Of a DNA stretch of 64,000 nucleotides, positions 17,929 to 33,111 are shown piece by piece. Each line of letters begins with the position of its first letter. The stretch's first letter is position 1. The notes beneath the pieces were generated by a model, which had not been told where the DNA came from, did no database searches, and saw nothing but the letters and a program-made list of their open reading frames with translations. The position numbers and the translations under genes were made by a program. Source of the stretch: an uncultured Pseudomonadota bacterium (GTDB lineage: Bacteria > Myxococcota_A > Polyangia > Fen-1088); the NCBI GenBank assembly GCA_963847705.1, contig CAWKBC010000047.1:32001-96000 (forward strand), in the 5' to 3' direction.

Positions 17929-18713
17929 CGTCCGGTCCAGTTGGGCACGCGCTTGTCGAGAAAGGCGCGCATCCCTTCCTTTTGATCGTGGGTGGCAAAG
18001 AGCCCGCAGAAGAGCTGGCGTTCGAGCGCGATCCCCTCGTCGAGCGGCAGATCGGGCCCGCGGCGGAGCGCGCGCTTGGCGGCGGCCACCGCCAGCGGCG
18101 CCCGGGCGGCGATCTCGGCGGCGACGGCGCGCGCCCGCGGCAGGAGCTCCGCCGGTTCGAGCACCTCGTTCACCAGGCCCATGCGCGCGGCGGCGTCGGC
18201 GTCCACCAGCCCGCCCGTGTAGATGAGCTGGCGGGCGCGCGCCACGCCGATCCGTTGGACCAAGCGTTGCGTGCCGCCCATGCCGGGGATGACGCCCAGG
18301 CCGACCTCGGGCATGCCGACCCTGGCGCCGCGCGCGGCCAGGATGAAGTCGCAGGCCAGCGCCAGCTCGAACCCGCCGCCCAGGGCGAAGCCGTTCACCG
18401 CCGCGATCACCGGCATCCGCGACGACTCCAGGAGGTCGCCCACCCGGTGCGCGTGCGCCACCAGAACGTCGGCGCCCGCTGGGTCGGCGTCAGCCATCGC
18501 CTTGATGTCCGCGCCGGCCGCGAAGGCCTTGTCGCCGGCGCCGGTCAGGATCACGCAGCGAATGCTGGTTTCGCCTTCGAGGGCGGCGAATGCCTCGGCC
18601 AGCGCGTCCAGCGTCTCGCCGTCGAGCGCGTTGCGCGCCTCCGGGCGGTTGACGCTGACGATGGCGAGCGCGCCCTCGCGCGCGACGAGCGCGCGTCCCG
18701 CGGTGGTGCTCAA
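17925..18713 (-). CDS. Enoyl-CoA hydratase
   Basis: AFAAGADI, GFALGGGFEL and PEVGLGVIPG motifs. Start estimated at a TTG overlapping the upstream stop. Confidence 0.92.
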   Translation of the reverse strand: MSTTAGRALVAREGALAIVSVNRPEARNALDGETLDALAEAFAALEGETSIRCVILTGAGDKAFAAGADIKAMADADPAGADVLVAHAHRVGDLLESSRMPVIAAVNGFALGGGFELALACDFILAARGARVGMPEVGLGVIPGMGGTQRLVQRIGVARARQLIYTGGLVDADAAARMGLVNEVLEPAELLPRARAVAAEIAARAPLAVAAAKRALRRGPDLPLDEGIALERQLFCGLFATHDQKEGMRAFLDKRVPNWTGR

Positions 18714-19633
18714 CTGGCCGGCTCCAGGCGGATCGCGCCCGAGAGCTGGGCCGGTGGTGGGTAGTGGTAAAAGCCGCGCCCGGTCTTGCGCCCCAGCCAT
18801 CCCGCGGCGACGTACTGGCGCAGCAACGGACAGGGGCGGTACTTCGGATCGCCGAGGTTGCGGTGCAGGACCTCCAGGATCGACAGCGCCGTGTCGAGGC
18901 CGATGAGGTCCATCAGCGCGAACGGTCCCATCGGGTGCTTGAGGCCGAGCTGGATGGCGAGGTCCATGTCCTCGACCGAGCCGATCCCTTCGTAGAGCGC
19001 GAAGCAGGCCTCGTTCAGCATCGGCATCAAGACGCGGTTGACGATGAAGCCGGGGATGTCGCGCGAGAGCACGGTCTGCTTGCCGAGCCGCTCGGCCAGC
19101 GCGCGCGTCACCTCGTAGGTGGCGTCGCCGGTCGCCAGGCCCCGGATGATCTCCACCAGCTTCATGAGCGGCGGCGGATTCATGAAGTGCATCCCGATCA
19201 CCCGCTCCGGACGGGTCACCGCCGCGCCGATGGTGGTGATGCTGATCGACGAGGTGTTGGTGGCCAGCACCACGTCGCCCCTACAGGCGCGATCGAGCGT
19301 GGCGAAGATCTCCCGCTTGACGCCCACATCCTCGATGGCAGCCTCGACCACGAAGTCGACCGACTCCAGCTCCTTGCCGTAGAGGTCGCACGGCTCGATG
19401 CGCGCCAGCATCTGGGTCCGCTCCGCCGCCGTGAGCTTGTTCTTCTCAACCAGCTTGTCGAGCTGCTTGCCCACGGTGGCGCGCCCGCGCTCGGCGATGT
19501 CGCGCCCCATGTCCGCCAGCGTGACGGTGAAGCCCTGCGCCACCGCCAGCTGGGCGATCCCGCGTCCCATCTGGCCGGCGCCGATGACACCGACGCGGTG
19601 GATGCCGTCCAGGGCTGACATGGCTGGCGTCAA
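18710..19633 (-). CDS. 3-hydroxybutyryl-CoA dehydrogenase
   Basis: GAGQMG Rossmann motif, TNTSS, GMHFMNP and PGFIVNR. Confidence 0.93.
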   Translation of the reverse strand: MTPAMSALDGIHRVGVIGAGQMGRGIAQLAVAQGFTVTLADMGRDIAERGRATVGKQLDKLVEKNKLTAAERTQMLARIEPCDLYGKELESVDFVVEAAIEDVGVKREIFATLDRACRGDVVLATNTSSISITTIGAAVTRPERVIGMHFMNPPPLMKLVEIIRGLATGDATYEVTRALAERLGKQTVLSRDIPGFIVNRVLMPMLNEACFALYEGIGSVEDMDLAIQLGLKHPMGPFALMDLIGLDTALSILEVLHRNLGDPKYRPCPLLRQYVAAGWLGRKTGRGFYHYPPPAQLSGAIRLEPAS

Positions 19634-19640
19634 GGTAGCG

Positions 19641-20819
19641 TCAGAAGAGCTCGACCGCCAGCGCGATCCCCTCGCCGCCGCCGATGCAGAGCGAAGCGAC
19701 CCCGCGCCGCTTCCCGCTCGCCTGCAGCGCCGAGAGCAGGGTGACGAGCACGCGCGCGCCCGAGGCGCCGATCGGGTGGCCGAGCGCCACCGCGCCCCCC
19801 CAGACGTTCACCCGGGCGGGATCCAGGCCCAGCATCCGGTTGTTGGCGATCGACACCACCGCGAAGGCTTCATTGATCTCCCAGAGATCGACGTCGTCCT
19901 TCTTCCAGCCGATCTTTCCGAGCAGCCGTTCGATCGCCCCCGCTGGCGCGGTGGTGAACCATTCCGGCGCCTGCGCGTGCCCCGCCGCGCCGACGATGCG
20001 CGCCACCGGCTTCCAGCCGCGCGCCTTGGCGACATCCGCCCCCGCCAAGACCAGCGCCGCCGCCCCGTCGTTGATCGACGAGGCGTTCCCCGCGGTGACC
20101 GTCCCTTCCTTCTGGAAGGCGGGCCGCAGCATCGCCAGCTTCTCGATGTCGCCGCGTCCCGGCTCCTCGTCGTCGGCGACGAGCTTGGGGGCGCCCTTCT
20201 TCTGCGCGATCTCCACCGGCACGATCTCGGCGCGGAACTTCCCTTCGGCAACCGCGCGCAGCGCCCGCTTGTACGACTCGACGGCGAACGCGTCCTGGTC
20301 GGCGCGGGTGATCCCCTTTTCCTTCGCGCAGAGCTCGGCGCAATCGCCCATGTGGACGTTGCCGTAGGCGTCCCACAAACCATCCTGGATCAAGGAGTCG
20401 ATCACCTGGGCGTGCCCCAGGCGGTATCCCTCGCGCGCCTTGGGCAACAGGTAGGGCGCGTTGCTCATCGACTCCATCCCGCCCGCGACCACCACATCGT
20501 GCTCGCCGGCGCCGATGGCGTTCGCGCCGAACACCACCGCCTTCAGCCCCGAGCCGCAGACCTTGTTGATGGTCACCGCGCCGACGGCGGGTGGAATCCC
20601 CGCCGCGATGGCCGCCTGCCGCGCCGGCGCCTGGCCGAGCCCCGCCGGCAAGACGCACCCGAGGTAGACCTCCCCAACGGCGTCAGCGGGGACGCGCGCG
20701 CGTTCCAGCGCCGCCCGCACCGCGACGGCCCCGAGCCGGGGCGCCGACACCGACGCCAACACGCCTTGAAATGACCCGATGGGCGTCCTCGCGCCCGAAA
20801 CGACGACGACATCTTTCAT
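19641..20819 (-). CDS. Acetyl-CoA C-acetyltransferase (thiolase)
   Basis: NKVCGSG, EINEAF, GHPIGASG and CIGGG motifs; start at MKDVVVV. Confidence 0.95.
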   Translation of the reverse strand: MKDVVVVSGARTPIGSFQGVLASVSAPRLGAVAVRAALERARVPADAVGEVYLGCVLPAGLGQAPARQAAIAAGIPPAVGAVTINKVCGSGLKAVVFGANAIGAGEHDVVVAGGMESMSNAPYLLPKAREGYRLGHAQVIDSLIQDGLWDAYGNVHMGDCAELCAKEKGITRADQDAFAVESYKRALRAVAEGKFRAEIVPVEIAQKKGAPKLVADDEEPGRGDIEKLAMLRPAFQKEGTVTAGNASSINDGAAALVLAGADVAKARGWKPVARIVGAAGHAQAPEWFTTAPAGAIERLLGKIGWKKDDVDLWEINEAFAVVSIANNRMLGLDPARVNVWGGAVALGHPIGASGARVLVTLLSALQASGKRRGVASLCIGGGEGIALAVELF

Positions 20820-20985
20820 CGTTTCTAATTGTACTGCCTCAGGCGGAGGTCGCGCCGTTCCTTGGCTACGGGCAGAGGCGCGCACCTCGACCGGGGACAG
20901 CTCACGCACGGCGACCGGCACGTCAATCCATCGCGGCAAAGGGCCAAAATGTGGACAGATATCCTACATGTCATACGATGGGCGC

Positions 20986-21615
20986 ATGTCCCTGCCACTG
21001 CCCGGCGAGCGCCGCTTTCGCTGGCTCGAGGTGTTCCTGGCGATGATGGTCGTTCTTGGCCTCTGTGCGCTCGGTTGCGCCACGCCCCGCGCGCACACCC
21101 GTGGCGCCCCGCCGTCTGTCTTTCAAGCCGCTCGCTTCGAGGCAGCGCGCTTCGAAGCCCAGCGCTCACCGCCGGCTTGGACCGGAGGGCGTGCGGACGA
21201 GGGGGCCGCCTTCGTGGAACGCGCCCTCCACGACGCGGGTCTCCGCTTCGGGACAGACGGCAGCACCCGGGCGCTCTGGGGATACCTGCGCACCGCTCAT
21301 CGCGTCGTCGGCGCGGCGGACGCCCGCCCGGGGGACATCCTCCTCTTCGACAGCCGGGGCGTGGCGCGGGCACCCGAATGCGCCGACCGGGCCGGAATCG
21401 TCGAGAGTGTCGGCGCTGGCGGCCGCATCACCTTCGTCGAGGCACGCGGGGGCCGCGTCCGGCACAGCTTCGTCGATCCGGCCCACCCTTCTTCCAGGCG
21501 GGACGCGCACGGCGAGATCCGGAACAGCTTCCTTCGCCCGATCCGGATCGACGACCCGCCCGGAGCGCGCTACTTCGCGGGCGAGATGCTCTGCGGCGTC
21601 GCTCGGACCCGATGA
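20986..21615 (+). CDS. NlpC/P60-like lipoprotein, apparently inactive
   Basis: Lipobox ALGC; RPGDILLFD and AGIVESV..GRITFVE fold motifs; catalytic Cys and His not seen. Confidence 0.55.
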   Translation: MSLPLPGERRFRWLEVFLAMMVVLGLCALGCATPRAHTRGAPPSVFQAARFEAARFEAQRSPPAWTGGRADEGAAFVERALHDAGLRFGTDGSTRALWGYLRTAHRVVGAADARPGDILLFDSRGVARAPECADRAGIVESVGAGGRITFVEARGGRVRHSFVDPAHPSSRRDAHGEIRNSFLRPIRIDDPPGARYFAGEMLCGVARTR

Positions 21616-21693
21616 GCCGCGCGTTGGTTGGCAGCCTCGACAACTATGTTGGCGCCCTGGCCGCCCAGGGCACCAGTTTTCAGGGCGTTCCGT

Positions 21694-21709
21694 TGGCCCG
21701 CCAGTTGCT
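21694..21709 (+). promoter_or_regulatory. Putative sigma-54 promoter
   Basis: TGGCCCGCCAGTTGCT (GG-N10-GC), about 130 bp upstream of 21838. Confidence 0.55.
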
Positions 21710-21837
21710 TGTGATGAATGTTCCACCGCGCCGAGGGCTGGCACGGTGAGCATTGCGGTCTGTAACGCCCATCTCTATAATCGCCCGGTTTTTGCCCCCC
21801 CGGGCCTTTCGCCCACGTTCCTCGAGGAGGATTCCCC

Positions 21838-23445
21838 ATGATTGGTCGCGCCGGTTTTTCATCCAAATGTTGGCGGGTCCTTCGCTGGGCCGGCTTGGCC
21901 GCGGCCGCGCCTGCTCTGTGGGCCTGCACGTCGCGCACGCTGGAGATGCCAAACATCGTTCCGCAGGCGAACCTGACGACGACCTTCACGCAGAAGATCA
22001 ACAACGAGATCGACATCTTGTTCATGATCGACAACTCGTCGTCGATGACCGAGATGCAGCAGAAGATCCTAGACCAGCTCCCGCTGTTCATGAACGTCCT
22101 TCAGTCGTTGCCGACGCCGCCCAGCCTCCACGTCGCCGTCGTCTCGTCCGACATGGGCGCTCCGGGCGACTCGACCAGCTCGATCGGGTGCACGCAAGCC
22201 GGCGATCAGGGGCAGTTCCAGGTCATGCCGCGCGGAACGTGTACGGCCACCACGATCACGGCGGGAGACACCTTCATCTCGGACGCCGACAACATGCCGA
22301 ACTACACCGACCCGATCGCGACCGTGTTCCAGTGCATCGCGCTCCTCGGCGACAAGGGTTGCGGCTTCGAGCACCAGCTCGCCTCGATCGACCGCGCGCT
22401 TGGCGGCGACGGACAGCAGCCCAGCACGAACGCCAACTTCTTGCGGCCCGAGGCCTACCTCGGAATCGTCCTCCTCACCAACGAAGATGATTGCTCGGCG
22501 ACGCCCCCCACGACGATTTACTCTCTGAACGGGGGACAGCAGAACATCGCAAACCCGGACGGGCCGATCGCCAACTACCGGTGCAACGGCGGACCTCGGG
22601 GGGCGCACCTCTGCCAGGATCCGGCGAACGGCAACGCGATGATCGTGCCGCCGCTCCTCCCCCCCGCGGATGTCCAGATGACGGGGGGGACACCCACGCT
22701 CGATCTGGCCAACTGTGTGGACAACGAGACCGGCTCGAGCGCGCTCACCTCGGTCTCCCAGTTCGTCAGCGACATCAAGGGGCTCAAGCCGACCGATGCC
22801 AACGACCAGATCCTGGTCGCCGCCATCATTGCGCCGGCGGCGCCTTACACGGTGGCCTGGGTGCCCGAGTCAGGCGGCCAGAACACCCAACCAGGCGAGC
22901 TCTGGCCCCAGGTCGAGCATTCCTGCGGCGCAGCCGGTGGGGACGACGTCAACCCCAAGGCGACGATGAACCCGACCGACGGCAGCTTCGGCGATCCAGG
23001 GGTCCGCATCACCCAGTTCGTGAATGCCTTCCCGAACAGCGTTCTGGCTTCGATCTGCGACGCGAGCTACGCCAGCTCGATGCAGCTCATCGCCACCAAG
23101 CTGGGCCAGCTCATCACCCCGCCCTGCATCACGGGCACGATCCAGCAAGACTCCGGGGGCCTGCCGATGTGCTCGATCGTCGAGCACCTCCAGGACAACC
23201 AGGGGGTCAAGAAGGACATCGCGCTCCAGAACTGCGCCTCCAGCGGCGCCAACCCGGCCCAGTGCTGGTCGCTCAAGGCCAACCAGATGGGCTGCACGAA
23301 CGGTTCGCAGTTGACGGTGACCGACACCGTGAACGCCAACCCCCAGAGCGAGAACAGCTCGGTCGACTGCTCGCTCTGCCTTCCGGGGGCCGCCGTCGCT
23401 GGCTGCCCTTGCATTGCCAGCAACATGGTCCCCGGCTGCCTCTGA
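21838..23445 (+). CDS. Myxobacterial vWA-like Cys-rich lipoprotein
   Basis: Strong GAGGAGG RBS; lipobox LWAC; MIDAS DILFMIDNSSSM; GCGFEHQL and FLRPEAYLGIVLLTNEDDCS. Confidence 0.8.
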   Translation: MIGRAGFSSKCWRVLRWAGLAAAAPALWACTSRTLEMPNIVPQANLTTTFTQKINNEIDILFMIDNSSSMTEMQQKILDQLPLFMNVLQSLPTPPSLHVAVVSSDMGAPGDSTSSIGCTQAGDQGQFQVMPRGTCTATTITAGDTFISDADNMPNYTDPIATVFQCIALLGDKGCGFEHQLASIDRALGGDGQQPSTNANFLRPEAYLGIVLLTNEDDCSATPPTTIYSLNGGQQNIANPDGPIANYRCNGGPRGAHLCQDPANGNAMIVPPLLPPADVQMTGGTPTLDLANCVDNETGSSALTSVSQFVSDIKGLKPTDANDQILVAAIIAPAAPYTVAWVPESGGQNTQPGELWPQVEHSCGAAGGDDVNPKATMNPTDGSFGDPGVRITQFVNAFPNSVLASICDASYASSMQLIATKLGQLITPPCITGTIQQDSGGLPMCSIVEHLQDNQGVKKDIALQNCASSGANPAQCWSLKANQMGCTNGSQLTVTDTVNANPQSENSSVDCSLCLPGAAVAGCPCIASNMVPGCL

Positions 23446-23582
23446 TCTCCGACCGCGACCGCCGGTCCTAGCAGGGCCAGCGCCACGGAAAAAGCCACGA
23501 TCGGAGCGTCGACGGACGCTCGATCGTGGCTTTCGCTTTTGGGCGGCGGATCTCGCTCCGAGACCCTGATAGGGTCTTCCCC

Positions 23583-24398
23583 ATGTTCGAGCGTTTCCGG
23601 GCCGGAACCGCGGACAAGTCGCCGCTCACGATCGCGGGCGACGGGCGCGGCGTGCTCTGCCTGCACGGCATCACGGGCACGCCGTTCGAGGTGCGTCCGC
23701 TCGCCGAGCACTTCGGGCGGCTCGGCTGCTCGGTCGAGGCGCCGATGCTGGCGGGTCACGGGGGGACGCTGGCCGACCTGGCGTCCACCCACTGGAACGA
23801 CTGGTTCCGGTCAGCCGAAGAGGCGCTCGGACGGCTGGAGGCCCGCACGGGCGGCGGCCCCACGGCCATCTGCGGCTTCTCCATGGGGGGCCTCCTGGCG
23901 CTGCGCCTGGCGCGCCTCTACCCGGCGCGCATCTCGGCGCTGGTGGTGATGTCCACGCCGCTGCGGCTCCGGCCGCTGGAGGTGCTGGGGATCCGGAGCG
24001 TCGCGCGCCTGCCGGTCGACTTCCGGGCGCACCCGCGGGCGGCGGTCCCCAAGCTCAATGGCTCGGACGTCTCGGATCCCGCGATCCGGTACACGAACCC
24101 GGGGCTGCGCGCCTTTCCGATCGCCGCGCTCGAGGGCCTGCTCGACCTCATGGACGTGGTGCGCCCCGACCTGCCCGCCATCCGAACCCCCACGCTGGTG
24201 GCACACGGACGGAAGGACCACACGGTGCCGATGGAGGACTCGCTCGAGCTCACCGGGAGCCTCGGCAGTGAGGTCATCGAGCGCCTCTGGCTCGACCACT
24301 CGTTCCACCTCGTCGCGCTCGACGTGGAGAAGTCGGTCCTGATCGCCGGGGCGACCCGCTTTCTCGCCGAGCACGCCCGCTGGTCGGTGGTAGCGTAG
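23583..24398 (+). CDS. Alpha/beta hydrolase (carboxylesterase/monoacylglycerol lipase-like)
   Basis: LHGITG, GFSMGG nucleophile elbow, Asp in DHTV and His in SFH. Confidence 0.88.
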   Translation: MFERFRAGTADKSPLTIAGDGRGVLCLHGITGTPFEVRPLAEHFGRLGCSVEAPMLAGHGGTLADLASTHWNDWFRSAEEALGRLEARTGGGPTAICGFSMGGLLALRLARLYPARISALVVMSTPLRLRPLEVLGIRSVARLPVDFRAHPRAAVPKLNGSDVSDPAIRYTNPGLRAFPIAALEGLLDLMDVVRPDLPAIRTPTLVAHGRKDHTVPMEDSLELTGSLGSEVIERLWLDHSFHLVALDVEKSVLIAGATRFLAEHARWSVVA

Positions 24399-24406
24399 CC
24401 GCCGCC

Positions 24407-25897
<1,491 letters not shown>

Positions 25898-25985
25898 CGC
25901 CTGTCGGCGGGCGCGGCCTGTTGGCCGATTGGGGTGAGGGGATCGCGATAGCGCTTGATCGAGGGGCCGGCTATTTGCGAACCTG

Positions 25986-26792
25986 ATGGTTTCGATGTCT
26001 GCCCCGCCGATGACCGGAGAGCCGCCGACGCTGTCGCTGGCAGCGGCCGCGCTGTCGCATCCGGGGCGCCAGCGGCCGGACAACGAAGACGCCTTCGGCA
26101 ACTTCGTCGACGGGCGGCTGTTCGTGATCGCCGACGGGATGGGGGGGCACAACGCGGGCGCCGTGGCCAGCGCGATGGCCGTCGAGGCGATCGAGACCTT
26201 CTTCCACTCGTACCACGCCGAGCCGCATCAGGTCTGGCCCTATCCGGTCGATCGCTCGCTGTCGCTGGCGGCGAACCTGTTGAGGGTCGGGATCAAGGTG
26301 GCGAACGACCGGATCCGCACCGCCGCCGCCGCCGACCGCGCGCGCGCCCGCATGGGGACCACCGCCGTGGCGATGGCCATCGGCGAGGAGCAGCTGGCCA
26401 TCGCGCACGCCGGTGACAGCCGCGCCTATCGGTTTCGCGGCGGGAGCGTCACCCGCCTGACGCGCGACCACTCGGTCGCCGAGGAGATGCGCGCGGCGCG
26501 GCCGGAGATGACCGACGAGGAGCTGGCGACGTTCGCCCACCGCAACGTCGTCACGCGGAGCCTGGGGAGCAAGGAGGAGCTCGAGCCGGCCGTCTACGTC
26601 GGTCGGGTTCAGCCGGGCGACATCTTTTTGCTCTGCAGCGACGGCCTCTGGGTTGTCGTCCCCGACGGGAAGATGACCACGATCTTGCGCCAGGCGCTCG
26701 ATCTCGAGTCGGCCTGCCAGCAGCTCGTCGACGCGGCGAACGCGGCGGGCGGCCCGGACAACGTGTCGGTGCTGCTGGTTCGCGCCGGCTGA
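25986..26792 (+). CDS. PP2C-type Ser/Thr phosphatase
   Basis: NEDA, ADGMGGH, GDSRAY, CSDGL and GGPDN motifs. Confidence 0.93.
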   Translation: MVSMSAPPMTGEPPTLSLAAAALSHPGRQRPDNEDAFGNFVDGRLFVIADGMGGHNAGAVASAMAVEAIETFFHSYHAEPHQVWPYPVDRSLSLAANLLRVGIKVANDRIRTAAAADRARARMGTTAVAMAIGEEQLAIAHAGDSRAYRFRGGSVTRLTRDHSVAEEMRAARPEMTDEELATFAHRNVVTRSLGSKEELEPAVYVGRVQPGDIFLLCSDGLWVVVPDGKMTTILRQALDLESACQQLVDAANAAGGPDNVSVLLVRAG

Positions 26793-26829
26793 GCGCGCAC
26801 CCACTCCCAACCGACTACAATCCCTTCCG

Positions 26830-27996
26830 ATGATCCGCACGCTGGTCGAGCAAAAAAGGATTGTCGTGTGCGTCGGACCGGGCGGCGTCGGCAAGACGAC
26901 CACGGCGGCCGCGCTGGGGGCGACCGCGGCGCGTCTCGGACGCAAGACGCTGGTCTGCACCATCGATCCGGCCCCCCGGCTGGCCGATGCGCTGGGCGTC
27001 GGCGGGCTCGGCCCCGAGCCGCGCGCCGTCCCGGCGGAGGCCTGCCGCGCGCTGGGGATCCCGGCGGAGGGCGCCGGCCAGCTGTTCGCGGTTCGCCTCG
27101 ACACGGCGCGGGCGTTCGCGCGGCTGGTCGACGAGCAGGTGGCCGATCCGGAGATGCGCCGGCGGGTCTTCGACAACGCCATCTACCGCCAGGTCACCAC
27201 CTCGCTCACGGGGTCGCAGGAGTACGCCGCCACGCTGGCGCTCTATGAGCTGGCGCGCGAGGGAGCCTACGATCTCATCGTGCTCGACACGCCGCCCACC
27301 GCCAACGCGCTGGACTTCCTGGATGCGCCCAAGCGGATCGCGGCGGCCGTTTCCAGCCCGGCGCTCAGCTGGTTCGCCCGTCCGCCCGAAGGTGATGGCG
27401 GCACGGGCGGCGGCCTCCGCCGGCTCTCCTTGCGGCGGTTGCGGGCCGGTGGCGCGCTGGTGCTGCGCCGGCTGGCCAAGCTGGTCGGCAATCGGTTTCT
27501 CGACGACGTCGGGGCGTTCCTGACCGATTTTCAGCAGGTGCTGGGCGGATTCCTGGAGCGGGCCAAGGCGGTCGACCTTCTGTTGCGCGGCCCGGACACG
27601 GCGTTCTTGCTGGTGCTCGTTCCCGCGGTGGCCGCCGTGGACGAGGCGCTCTACTTCCACGGCCGGCTGCGCGACGCGGGCGTGCCGCTTTCGGCCTTCA
27701 TCGCCAACCGCGTGCAGCCGGCACCGGGGATCACCGAGGCCGGCGCGCTGGCGAAGGCGCTGCGGGCGACGCCGGCCTTCGCCGATCTGAGCGACGCCGC
27801 GATCGCCGAGGCGGCGACCCGCCTGGCGTCGCTCGCCGGGGCCTTCGCGGCCCAGCATGCGGGGGAGCGGCGCGAGCTGGCCCGGCTCCGGGCGCAGGCG
27901 CCGGGGACGGAGATCAACCAGATCCCGCTGCTCGATCACGACGTGGACAGCCTGGCTGAGCTCCGCGTCGTGGGCGAGGCGCTGCTCGCCGGCTAG
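26830..27996 (+). CDS. ArsA/Get3-family single-domain ATPase
   Basis: GPGGVGKTT, TIDPA and DTPPT motifs. Confidence 0.88.
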   Translation: MIRTLVEQKRIVVCVGPGGVGKTTTAAALGATAARLGRKTLVCTIDPAPRLADALGVGGLGPEPRAVPAEACRALGIPAEGAGQLFAVRLDTARAFARLVDEQVADPEMRRRVFDNAIYRQVTTSLTGSQEYAATLALYELAREGAYDLIVLDTPPTANALDFLDAPKRIAAAVSSPALSWFARPPEGDGGTGGGLRRLSLRRLRAGGALVLRRLAKLVGNRFLDDVGAFLTDFQQVLGGFLERAKAVDLLLRGPDTAFLLVLVPAVAAVDEALYFHGRLRDAGVPLSAFIANRVQPAPGITEAGALAKALRATPAFADLSDAAIAEAATRLASLAGAFAAQHAGERRELARLRAQAPGTEINQIPLLDHDVDSLAELRVVGEALLAG

Positions 27997-29437
27997 CGCG
28001 CGGGTGCGCCGCCTCCAACATCGCGGCCAGCGCCGGCGCCACCGGCTCGGGCGCGGCGAGCAGCAGCGCGACGGCGTCCCCTTTCCGCGCGAGCGCGAAG
28101 GCTCCATCGGGCGTCGAGAAGACGTCCCCTTCACCGGAGCTGGCGATCGCAGCCGCTGCTACGGGTTGGGCCTCGCTCCTCGCGCTGCTCATCTGGGCCA
28201 GCACCTGCCGCGCCGCCCGCGCGAAATCATCCGCCTCGGCGGCGTCGTCCCAGACGGTCAACCAGGCCAGCGGCGCGAGCGGTGTCGCAGCGCCACCGTC
28301 GGCGGCTGAAGGCGACGGGGCCGGCGTGTAGAGTCCTGCGCGATCTCCGCCCCACCCGGTGGCGGCGCGCGCCGCGATTTCTGGGGGGAGGACCGATTCG
28401 AGCCAGGTCCGCACCACCAGCTCGCCGAGCACGTCGCTGGCGGTCGGGCGCCCGAAACCCGGCAGGGCCGGGAGCGCGCTCTCGTCGACGGCCATCGGCG
28501 CCTCGCAAGCGTCGTACTTCTCCGGATGAAGGATCTGTTCGCTGGAGGCGGGCGGGTCGCTCCAGAGCGCGTCGACGGCGCTCCAGGGGCGGTGGGCGCG
28601 GACGCGCGCGACGAAGAGAAGCCCGTCGATGTGCGTGAACTGGCCGAGCTGGACGAACCAGGAAGGGGCGCTGTCTCGGGACGGGTCCCGAGATGGGTCC
28701 CGAAATGGGTCCTGAGACGGGTCCCGAGATGGGTCCTGGGATAGGTCCCTGGACGGGTCCAGAGATGGGTCCTGGGATAGGTCCCTGGACGGGTCCCGCG
28801 AGGCCGCCCGCAGCTGAGCGGCAAGTGCGCCGAGCGCATGCGCCCCCAGAAAATTCTCGCGCGGGTCCGCCACCTCGAGCCCGGTGAGAACGGCGTCCCC
28901 CTCGACGAGCGCCAGACGCGCGCGCGCGGCGTCACCGTCGAGGCGTGGACCTCGGTCGGGAGCGAGGCCCAGGAAACGGCGGAGCCCGAAGCGCTGATCG
29001 GCGACGGCGTGGGCGATCTCGTGCACCAGCGTCACGCGTTGCGCCTCGAGCGGCGAGAAGCTGGGGACCAGCAGGGTGCCGGTCGCCGCGTCGTAGCGGG
29101 CCGCGGGTGGCGCCGCGAACGCATAGGCCTGCGCGGCGAGGTCGCCGGCGCCCCGACCCGCCGAGTTGACCCCGACAAGCCCGAGGCGCTTCAGGAGCTC
29201 TCCCTCCGTCCGGGCGGCGGCGTTGTCCATTCCCTCACCGACGGCCAGCGCGGTCGCCCGCCGTGTCTCCTCGAGGCCCAGGGCGCGGGCTGGCAGCGGG
29301 CCGTGGAAGGGGAGCTGGCGGGCGGCGCTGACCGCGGCGACCAGCTTGTCGACCTCCGGGCGCAACGACGCGTCGGTGAGAGGCGCGGCCGCGAGGGCGA
29401 GCGTGAAGGCCGCCACCAGCTTGGTCCCGCCAGCCAC
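27914..29437 (-). CDS. Putative zinc-dependent metalloprotease-like secreted protein
   Basis: [16 protein letters not shown] and [14 protein letters not shown] motifs. Start estimated; the 3' end overlaps the ArsA gene by 83 bp. Confidence 0.65.
   Translation of the reverse strand: MAGGTKLVAAFTLALAAAPLTDASLRPEVDKLVAAVSAARQLPFHGPLPARALGLEETRRATALAVGEGMDNAAARTEGELLKRLGLVGVNSAGRGAGDLAAQAYAFAAPPAARYDAATGTLLVPSFSPLEAQRVTLVHEIAHAVADQRFGLRRFLGLAPDRGPRLDGDAARARLALVEGDAVLTGLEVADPRENFLGAHALGALAAQLRAASRDPSRDLSQDPSLDPSRDLSQDPSRDPSQDPFRDPSRDPSRDSAPSWFVQLGQFTHIDGLLFVARVRAHRPWSAVDALWSDPPASSEQILHPEKYDACEAPMAVDESALPALPGFGRPTASDVLGELVVRTWLESVLPPEIAARAATGWGGDRAGLYTPAPSPSAADGGAATPLAPLAWLTVWDDAAEADDFARAARQVLAQMSSARSEAQPVAAAAIASSGEGDVFSTPDGAFALARKGDAVALLLAAPEPVAPALAAMLEAAHPRASRRAAPRPRRGAQPGCPRRDRAAGSG
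28675..28798. repeat. In-frame 12-bp VNTR (DPSR-type, about 10 units)
   Basis: GGGTCCCGAGAT-like units encoding [14 protein letters not shown]... Confidence 0.85.
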
Positions 29438-29472
29438 GGGGCGGAGTTTGAGGTAAATAAGCGGACCGTTCA

Positions 29473-33066
<3,594 letters not shown>

Positions 33067-33111
33067 CCGCCGTCGTCTGCCACCTTCTCATTTTTCGGGT
33101 AGGCTTTCCCC

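Noticed and set aside
21739-21756. Second sigma-54 site TGGCACGGTGAGCATTGC
   Set aside because: The GG-to-GC spacing is not 10 nt.
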